Below, piece after piece: positions 54,174 through 64,000 of a DNA stretch of 64,000 nucleotides (within the stretch, counting starts at the first letter, position 1; the number at the start of each line of letters is the position of its first letter). The notes beneath the pieces were generated by a model. It saw nothing but the letters and a program-made list of their open reading frames with translations, did not search any database and had not been told where the DNA came from. Position numbers and translations under genes: made by a program. The stretch comes from Octopus vulgaris (lineage: Eukaryota), in assembly GCA_951406725.2 (NCBI GenBank), contig OX597821.1, positions 113,832,001 through 113,896,000 on the forward strand, read 5' to 3'.

Positions 54174-57100
54174 CTGTTGACACAAATAGAGTTCAAGAAA
54201 AAATATTGCAGGAAATTATGTTTGTTACTGAAGAGTGAAGTGTTGAAAAATATCCTTTTTTGCTTGCGCGCATTGCCTTTGTAGGTGACGGTAGTAACGT
54301 TATTTAAATGGCTCTCTCCGCCATAAACATGCCACTAAAAATATTAGCTGTGCAATGTTTTTTGAAATAATATTTTTATTCCAACGTTTGTTTGATTCTG
54401 GAATAACAGAGTTAGGTGGAAATAAATAGATTTCAACTTTAAGCTGGTTAAATTCGATGGTAAGAAAAATGTGCAGGCGAAACTACGAATCTATCTACGT
54501 TCCATACAGACTAAGCGCAACTGTTTAGCCGCGAAGTGAAAGGATTTCTACGAAGTTTTCTGCAAAATGTGATTAGGGTTAAATTGGTGATGGAAAAAGA
54601 GTGATTAGTTCAGAATTGTACAGTTCGTATATTGGTTTCTAATACGAAATAACGGCCAGAAATTTATAAAGCCGAGAAGGTTGCTGAAGTTTGATAGCCC
54701 TCAAGGGTCTTCGTGACGTAGAATGCAAAACTATTTTTGCAGAGGATCATGGACTTAGTTCACCAAGAAAAATAAAAGCTTTCCTCTGAATTATTGTCTT
54801 CATCAAAGACAATGGAAATATTGGTTCCTTTTGACTAGACAGAGCAGCATTTTAATACAGGAAGAGGATTACAATGTTGAGAATTTTGCTGGCAGATTCA
54901 AAAGGGTAGCTGATATCTTTTGACGAACGCTGCCTGCGCCCGTGGTGCATATACTTCACTCTCAATTGCAGTGTCAAAATCCACCGAATTCTAAATATTT
55001 GAGATTGAATTATTATCTTGTAGAACTGATTTCAATTCTTCCAGCGATAAGAAAAAAAAGCCTAACGTTCCATCTAGAAGGACAACTGTACACCTTCCAG
55101 TTAACAGTACCAACATTAGGTATATGCATTGGTTCCTTGAAAACGAATATACGGATCCACCTTAGTCTCTTACTGGTACTTATTTTGTTGGATGCGACGA
55201 GATTTGAGGAGAAAACGGCGAGAATCAAAACGAAGTACAATACATTTAGCTGGACGCGTCTCAGATAAGCTATATCTGGTAGATAAGCTATATCTGGTAC
55301 TCATCGTGAAGTGCTGAAAGAAAAAAATAAGCCACAAACTCAAATTCAAAAACGAAAGCCTATCGTTTTTTGGTAATTCTTCAGGAACCTTTGTTTCAGT
55401 AGAGATTCATAGTTGACACACTCACTCCCTGTGAAAATTCAATTACCTCCCGTTTGAGTATATTATTAACAATTCAACTTTGGTAATTCGTCGTTGACTC
55501 CTCCCTCCATTTTAACAGATCGCCGTTGACCTCACTTTAAGAAATTCACTTTAACAATTCACAGTCGACCCCATTCCATTTCTGAACGTCTTTGTCGTTA
55601 CCTACTTCCCCATAAATTCCACTTCGATAACTTACCGTCTACCCTCGGGTAACTGAAATATAAATCCATGATCATGAACACAAACACTAGCACAAACATC
55701 AAAACCAGAACACTCAAAATTTACATACACAAACATGAGGCACAAGTAAGTAGCATTAGATAGCATTTCAAATTAGATAACTTAGATATGGGCACTTAAA
55801 CGTATCGTTAACGATACGAACTCCGCACAATCGAGTAATATACACCAGTAAAGACAAAAATACAGCTAAACGTCGTATACGCAAACACTCACATACATAT
55901 ATATGAACATGTGTCTAGACACAAAGGCACTTATACGAATACAACAGAATATAAACAATTATACGTACTACAGTTTACAGACGTAACTTCATTGCTGATT
56001 GATTTTAGTAAAACTTATTTCATTTTTACAACATAGTATTCGGAATACTCAAACCTAAATAAATTTAGCATTTTATTGTCGTTGAATTTATCTTCTTCAA
56101 CAGTTAGCGTACAATTGTGTGTCGTCACTTGTTTCTTCTACCACAATTTCGGTAAATATATTGAAGCTTACACCTCGCTGATGAGGTATAAAAATACTAA
56201 AACGAATCTGAAGTTGAATCCTTAAGTTGCAAAGATAATATTACAAATTAATTAACGTTTAATTTAATTATTTCTAATTAGCTTTATAGCACTCTACACA
56301 CTAAATTTAACCATGTTTTTGTTCAGATAGATAAATTGATAAATATGCAACTGTGAATAGTAAATATCTGACCGACGACAAAAGGAAATCAAATATTTCG
56401 GATATTCACATATTAATGCGTTGTTTTTAAATATGTCAAATGAAAAATTAAATAATAATAATAAATGTGCCCTTTTAAAGCCTAGCCAGGCTCATGGGCC
56501 CGGTCTCCCGGTTTCCATGGCGTATGTGTTCCCAAGCTGTGTTCCAGTCCATCGCAGTGTTATTCATTTTTGCCAGCTGAGTGGACTGGAGCAACGTGAA
56601 ATGAAGTGCTTTGCTCAAGAACACAACGTGTCGCCCGGTCCAGGAATCGAAACCACAATCTTACGATCATGATGCTGACAACCTAACCACTAAGCACGCG
56701 CCTCCACAAAATGAAAAGTTAACTGAAGTAAAATTATTGCCAAATCAATTTCAATGATAGGGGATTCGTTTTCAGAAACATAATTTTGAAGATATTTCTA
56801 AATAGAATCTTCTTTGAAAATTTCTCTTGGCTCTGAACATCCTGACCCAAAGTTTTATTCTTTTAAACAGATCTTTATGATATTACATGTCGATAAAGAA
56901 TCGCTTAATGCCTTCTCTCTTGAAATAGTAGACAAACCATATTATATTTTCTAAAATACTTAATCCCGCAACAAATAGTAATCTTCTATAAGTGAGACCC
57001 ACAATGGAGACGGTGTCGCTGCTTTGCATACAGACATCATGTAGTGTATCCAGAGGAAATCCACTCGATTGACTTGCAGGAAACCTCTCGCTAACACACA

Positions 57101-57606
57101 CTGGCACTTGGCTCACAGATATGCTCTCACCTCTCAGTGCCGTTCTGCTGCAATTATAAAGGCCTCTGAATCTCGGCGATGATTGGTCTCGAGTCATCCT
57201 CCATTCAGGAACTCACAACTCATTTGTCTTTTCTCTCTATCGTCAATTAATATGCGTACTCCCCACATTCAAGCCCCACACAAACCACTACGCTCAATCC
57301 TTCCCTCTCAGAATGCCATCCCTCTGCAACTGTCTCTACTTCCCTGTTCTTTTTCTTACAGGTGTCAACTTGAAACATTACAAGAGGAATATTAATGGCA
57401 TCAAGCTCTCAAGGGAACAAACCAATACCAAAATGAAGGAATAATGTGATTCTGCATACAGTGTCTGAAATCGATGAGGAGGCCACTGTCGGAACACTTT
57501 CGATTATTATAGGTCTGCTCGATCAACGTTGGTCTGGTCTATGAAACAACAACATCGGCGATTACATAAAAAGCCGGTATTTTTTCTCAGTCATTGACTC
57601 TCTCTC

Positions 57607-57643
<37 letters not shown>

Positions 57644-58004
57644 ACACACACGCACACGCACACGCACACACACACGCACACACACACATACGTATCACAA
57701 ATTTCTTTTTACGCTTCCATATATACACAGTGCCATATTGATGACAACATCTGTCATTCTTATTTTTTTCTCCTTTCAGAAAGCAAAGAAACGAGTGAGA
57801 GCTGGAGTTCTTGCAGGTATTATTTTTTTACCAAAGTAACAAAAATAGGGCTTTTACCATCTCCGATGATCTATAACAGGGATCTCATTTACCCTTGACT
57901 TTTAAAATTGCATACAAAACGTGTTTTCCTTTTTCTCCTGTTTCAAAATATATTAGTTCCAAAATAACTAAGTAATATAAAATGAAATAAAAATATCCAA
58001 TAGC

Positions 58005-58707
58005 CTCTCTATATATATAAACGGCAAAATATCTGTGTGTGAGTCCTTTATACAAATCCACAATTTTCAGTTAGAGGGCTCCCACTTTCTATGCTCAATC
58101 AAAACCGTCCAAGGGTGGTTGTGAAGATCTTTTCATTTCCCAGTTACCCCTGAAAGTCATTTAAAAAATCGATGAACCGACCCCTTATGTTTCAGGTAAC
58201 AAAAGTCTTTAATACTCACTTAATCCAGGAGTTTAATCTAAAGATATTAAACCATATCAAGGGAAATAACTCTGTAAAACTCTGCATTTCCCTCCCTTTG
58301 TTATGTATCACACCTCAATACTGTACCAGACCAATTTATCCAATTTAGGACCGGAACTGTCCCGGATTTCTGGATTTCCCAGAGAATCTCTAAACGTTTG
58401 CTTAAAATCTCTATACCTATAAATGGCAAAAATGTCTGTTTTTTGATTGGACGGTGATAATTTTACACCTGACAGTTGGATGCGCGTGCGCATTTGCAGA
58501 CAGTCTGTATGACTGCGCACTTTTGTGTTTTGCAAAGACGCGTTATCATGTGTTTTGGCTTTCAAACCTGCACACTTTCTTGATTTGAGAAATGCAGGGA
58601 ATAATTAACGAGTTAGACCAAGTGAATGACAAGAGAGAGAGATTTTCATGAAAGACTAAATATGCTTGACTAGCACTAGACCCGACAGCGCCGGGTCATA
58701 GTGCAAG
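58005..58707 (+). mobile_element. Helitron-like non-autonomous element(s)
   Basis: Two tc(tc)tata...aa(c/t)ggcaaaa.tctg 5' ends (about 58005 and 58408) and a 3' gacccg...cgggtc hairpin followed by CAAG (decayed CTAG). Confidence 0.6.
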
Positions 58708-59907
58708 TATATAATGAAGCATCGCAGCATCTAGTCGTATTTTATTCCAGAATGGAGACAGGTTTTTGGAAGAGACTCCACGAGGTCACTCGATCTGATA
58801 AGAAATAATAACCAAACATTACTGCTTTAAATTAATAGGCAACACTAGGCAATGTAAGCTTTGATATACAAAAAAGATAACCAGATGCTTACGTCCAGAA
58901 TACCTTTTATTATGCAGTCAGTCAACTCAGTCAGGGCCGACGTGATTTAAACAACGTAGCGGTTAAGAGAAAGAACAAGTTAGCAAACAAAACTACATAC
59001 ACAGCCACCGCAAGCAGCCCACCTAAAGCTTATAATTTTTTTGGACTTGGATACTATTATATCAATAGCAACTAAGTCACAACTTAAGTTTCTGTGATAA
59101 TTATATTAAAACTCATCTTATAAAGGTCAGCTTTCATATTGATTCACATCTATTGTATTTTATCCAAACATTAGGCTGTCTTTCTTCTCAAATCTACTCA
59201 TGCTTGTAGCCATGAAAAATTTCCATACTTTACGGTTTTCTAACTGCAAATTTGCAGCAATTCAAAGGATCCAGTAATTTCAAATCCTCCGTTAAGAAAA
59301 ATAATATAAAAGAAAAAAAAGGAGATTTATTTCATTCTACATTATCTTAATGTGGCTTGACGAATTTTGTCTTGTAATCGTCTTAAGGTATATATCTTGA
59401 GGTATATATCTTAAGGTATATATCTTGATCAAGATGTCTAAAATTATATTGAAAAATATGTCATTCAATAGAGAACAATTATATAACTTAAACAAAAATG
59501 AAAACCTTTCGAAAATTTGGTAAACCACTCCATAAAATGGCTCTCCTGTTTTGTTGAGTCGTTAAAAATCTTTAATGATAGAGATGAATTAAAATTTTAA
59601 GTAGCAAAATTAAATATTATCTTGGAAATTATGACAATGCAGCGAGAAAAATAAATATTTAGGAAGCGAGGAAAGCATTTTATGAACAAAGCATTTAATT
59701 TTATTCTACAGTTGAAAGCAACTTAAAAGTTTTGCAATTTCTTTGGTCGTTACTATAACACATGACATTAAAACATAGACAATGAATATTGAAAACGATC
59801 ACAAATACTAGAAATTAAATCCAAACAAAAATTAACAAACGATTTTAAACAACAAAAAACTGACAGTAAACAATAAAATGTAACGATAATGATGGCTATA
59901 TTTTTAC

Positions 59908-59982
59908 CTTTGGAATCTCACTACAGGTCTCTCTGGCAGCTTTTCGGTAATCACAGTGTAAAACCATCCATTGAAGATCAAA
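59908..59982 (-). CDS. FACIT/collagen IX-like collagen, exon ending the TSPN (NC4) domain: FDLQWMVLHCDYRKAARETCSEIPK
   Basis: 75 nt, phase 0-0, ttttaatttag|...AAG|gtaaaa. The peptide closely resembles the NC4 end of vertebrate COL9A1 (FELQWMLIHCD...RETCHELP, recalled) and the equivalent region of COL21/COL22. Confidence 0.88.
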
Positions 59983-60600
59983 CTAAATTAAAAGAAAGGT
60001 CACATATTTAAATATTTGATACCTGAAAAGCAGGGATGTTTAAAATATAGAAATAGATCTAACAATATCTAAAGTGTACATTTAAGTATATAATTATAAA
60101 TTGAAGAACGAATATCTGTGTGTGTGTGTGTTTGTATGGGTGTGTGTGTGTGTGTGTGTGTGCGTGCGTGCGTGCGTTTGTGTATGTGTGTGTATGTGTA
60201 TGCAGGTATGCACGCATGTATGCGTGTGTAGAGAGGGCGGAATGTGATTGGATGCTAACCTGAATATAAGCAAAATGAAGACCGTTTATTTATGTAAACT
60301 TACTTACAGCTAAAATGTGCAATAAAAAAGATGGCGACCTCAATTAAAAGGAAGTCCTAAATGGTTAAGACATGTGTGATGAGGCATTCACCGAATTATG
60401 TTAAAATATCCCGCATGTTACATAATATATTCAAGATTTTCCGTTCATAGGAAACAGATTCTAATATTTCTGTCTGTTTGGATATTAGACTACTTCTGGG
60501 ATTTGATCACTGCTTGATAAATATGAATCATTGAGTTTAAAACTTTAATATACATAGATTAGTATGGATTAATGAGTTTAACACACACACAGACACACAC

Positions 60601-60635
<35 letters not shown>

Positions 60636-60723
60636 TGTATGTATGTATGTATGTATGTATGTATGTATGTATGTATGCATGCATTCATGTATGTATGTAT
60701 GTATGTATGTATGCATGTATGTA

Positions 60724-60772
<49 letters not shown>

Positions 60773-60880
60773 CTAGTGTCCGCTGAATTTTCTTCTAGAG
60801 AACATTCTTTTCTTTGTAGTTTGATCGTTGATGATCTATTTCTAGCATACGGCCGACTACATAGTGGTCTTGCCCTTTGA

Positions 60881-60942
<62 letters not shown>

Positions 60943-60945
<3 letters not shown>

Positions 60946-61236
60946 CAAAATAAGCAACACGTATATCCGAGGTAGATTAGTACAATTGTTTCATGCTACT
61001 TCATTTTATTAAACACTGTAAGTATTACATCAGTTTTAAAATGTCGAGCACTGTAATACTTACAGTGTTTAATAAAATGAAGTAGTATGAAACAATTGTA
61101 CTACTCCACCTCGGATATACTTATTGCTTATTTTGATTATAATCACCCCATTGATTTATATGGATAATACCATACAAAATTCTGGTGCCCTAGACTTAAG
61201 TACCATATTCATCTGAATCTAAATTTTGCTGATCTT
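60943..61236. mobile_element. PLE fold-back remnant related to the 19338-21797 element
   Basis: Arms 60943-61029 and 61052-61138; shares gtatGAAAc.attgTActa, tataatcacccca and gtaccatattca with the large PLE 3' end; in (TA)n. Confidence 0.78.
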
Positions 61237-61245
61237 ATATATATA

Positions 61246-61628
61246 CTAGCAGTATCACCCGGTGTTGCTTGGGTTTGTTTCGACCCTTTAGAATTGGAAT
61301 TTTTGAAAAGTAAAAAATTTCCATTATGCAACTTATTCTCTTCAAGTGAACATTTTTCCAGTTGAAATACACCGAAAAATGGTGACACAGCAGTCAAAAA
61401 TCGTAAAAGATAGGGATTTTCATAGAAAAAAAGCACCTTTTTGATGTAAATAATTTTTGGTGTTAACATGGTCCGATTTGAATTTTATCTTCTACAGAAG
61501 GAAGAGCAAGCCTTCTATCATACTCTCAATTTTGGTCAACTTGCGCTGCAGGGTCTCGAAGGAGATAGTGTTAGTTTAAGGCTACCAAACCTGCCACACA
61601 CAGACAACTTCAGGTTTATATATATAGA
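61246..61628 (-). mobile_element. Non-autonomous Helitron
   Basis: a|ctagcagtatcacccggtgttgcttgggt ... tttatatatataga|t; termini as at 3201-3584. Confidence 0.75.
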
Positions 61629-62720
61629 TTTGCTACACACGACTTTCCATCCTTAATAATAAAACTTGGTAGATCCAAAAGTTAAACACATACACAGATA
61701 CACACACACGCACACACACACACATATACACAAGTTGAGTTTTATATATATAGATTTCTCAACGGGAATTTCAGGGGAAAGTTTCAGGGAGTCGCTGGCG
61801 ATGTATCGTGATGATCAAAAATCCGGCCTGCTAAAATTTGGTTAAAGTGATTCAAACTGCAGACTCAACGGAAAATGGTCACACTTAATTCAAAGGGTTA
61901 AAAATGTTATGAAAACAATTGGTATGTGTTCACAAAGTCCAAACGATTAATACGAAAAAACCCTCCAGGCTACATCCCGAAAATTCATTTCTTTGCCGAA
62001 TTTCTACAATGTTTACGGCGATTCGTTTTTATATCTTGATTTTTTATTTTTCAGGCACTTTACGCATGCTTGCACGCGTGGTGAACACAGTTCACGCCAA
62101 ACAGCTGACTGAGTAAAGTTCACTATTCAATGCACGGGATAAGGCCTAAACAAACACATTATCGATTTTTGCACTTGCGAGATGAATTTCGGAACAGAAA
62201 TAGCACAGTTCAATTTTCATTCGCCTAAACTTTAAGTGACCCATTTTTGGTGGTTCTACGATTTGTTGGCTAGGAGGAGATGTGCCGGGAAGTTAAACAC
62301 ACAGACACACAAGTTGAGTTTTATATATATATATATCGTTTTTATATTCGGTTTGCAAGTTTCTTTATGCGTGAAAATTCGTGTAGTGTAGCACATTTTG
62401 TCGTGTCTGGGTGAGGGGAGTCACTCTGTTTAAATGCCTTATTAATTAACACACTCACCGGTTCAATTTCCATTCATTTACTTATTTATTTATTTTCTTC
62501 TAAAATTTTCGTTGCTTCTTGCAACATCTTCAAAGGTTGTTAACTCTGTCCGTTATCGGAGCTGCATTCTTTTTGTTTAATTGTGCGTGTGTGTGTGTGT
62601 GTGTGTGCGTGTGTGTGTGTGTGTGCGTGTGTGTGTGTGTCGGTGTGCATGTGTGTGCATATGTATGTATGTATGTATGTATATGTATGTGTGTGTATAT
62701 ATATATATATAGAGAGAGAG

Positions 62721-62780
<60 letters not shown>

Positions 62781-62781
<1 letters not shown>

Positions 62782-63600
62782 TGTTTCTTTATTAGCCACA
62801 CAGGGCTGCACACAGACGGGACAAATTACAAAGTAGAGCATTTCTTTTTGGGGAGAAAAAAAAAGTGGGGTAGGTTTTCGATCAAAAGGGATCGTAAAAG
62901 GGAAAGAAAAAAAAGGGAAAGAAAAAAAGAAAAAGAAAAAAAACAATCAATATGGATCGTGTATCACAGAAATGTCATGATGTAACGTGTAAAGGGGGAG
63001 GCAGATAGGGTTTATCCGTGGAAAGAAAAGCCTACGCAAAAGACCACGGTAACCTCGGTCAATAATGTTACATGTTACCACATTTGTTTGCAAGTAGGTA
63101 ACCCTCTGTTTTTCAAGTAGGTAACCCTCTTTTTTTCCGGGTTCGTAGGATTATGCTCAAAGTGGCTTCCTCATTCATAGTGCCATCCTTGCTACATTCA
63201 CCCATCTTTTTATGAAACATTCGCTAGAGAAAACTTGTCTCTCTACTCTCACTTTCCTTTTCAAGTGATACTTGAAGAAGTTGATGAGAGATTGACCAGA
63301 GAGGAAAGTGTTTGTCTCCAATCCTTTCAGACGCGTTCATCAGATACATTCTTTCGCCATAGCCACAAGAATGATGAAAATAGCTCTTCCTTCCCATTTG
63401 AAGGAAGGAGGCGTGAAAATATTGACGACAGACTCGGCTGATAAACCGATTCGTCCCACAAGTGACAGCAGTCTTTCGACATAAGCCCACAGGTTGGAAA
63501 TTGTTGGACACTGCACGAGTGCGTGCAGAACGATTTCGTCGCTCTGACCGCATCTCGAGCAGGTCGGCCTCGTGTTTCTCGAGTCGTGTCTGTAGAGCTT
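62781..63600 (-). mobile_element. 5'-truncated Tx1/L1-clade LINE (ORF2 C-terminal zinc finger and 3' UTR) in (GATA)n
   Basis: KLYRH...CSRCGQSDEIVLHALVQCPTISNLWAY (Cx2C-x8-H-x4-C) with internal stops; AATAAA at the 3' end; GATA repeats on both sides. Confidence 0.85.
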
Positions 63601-63646
63601 AGATAGATAGAGAGAGAGAGAGACAGAGAGACAGAGAGACAGAGAC

Positions 63647-63726
<80 letters not shown>

Positions 63727-64000
63727 GGGTTGTTAGATTAATGAGTTTAATAACTATAAATCAATACGGATTTCTGAGTTTAAGATATTAATACGCATTA
63801 ATGTAAATAATGAATTCAATACATTAATATAGATTAGCATAGAGTAATGAATTTAGTATATTAATGTCTACAATATATTAGTATAGATTAATATACACTT
63901 ATGAGTTCAATGTGTTAATGAATTTTGTATAGATTATTGATTTAATTATCCTGGATGTATGAGGTAATAATTCACTGAAATCGATTTATAGTATTTGTTG

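Noticed and set aside
60308-60356. Minus-strand donor gtaagt upstream of the TSPN exon
   Set aside because: Weak acceptor, wrong phase, and the peptide does not resemble the preceding TSPN segment.

Overview
AT-rich, microsatellite-dense animal genomic DNA. The SINE families and (TA)n/(TATG)n/(CA)n load point to an octopod cephalopod (inference). The whole window is the interior of one minus-strand collagen gene that the ORF track almost entirely misses. It has 11 clear phase-0 exons plus one probable acidic exon (59982 to 1529, about 257 aa), running from the end of a TSPN/NC4 domain (FDLQWMVLHCD...RETCSEIP, collagen IX/FACIT-like) through a CxxxCP motif into an interrupted Gly-X-Y helix. 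The introns hold three tRNA-derived SINE families, a decayed full-length mariner nested in a fold-back MITE, CR1-group, R4/Dong-like and Tx1-like LINE remnants, Helitron-type elements, and many Penelope-like (PLE) fold-back remnants in (TA)n. The PLE remnants carry minimal type I hammerhead ribozymes, some with non-canonical cores. Four diverged copies share a multi-stem RNA module with many compensatory base changes that I cannot assign to a known family; this is the best candidate for something undescribed. All alignments and folds were done by eye.
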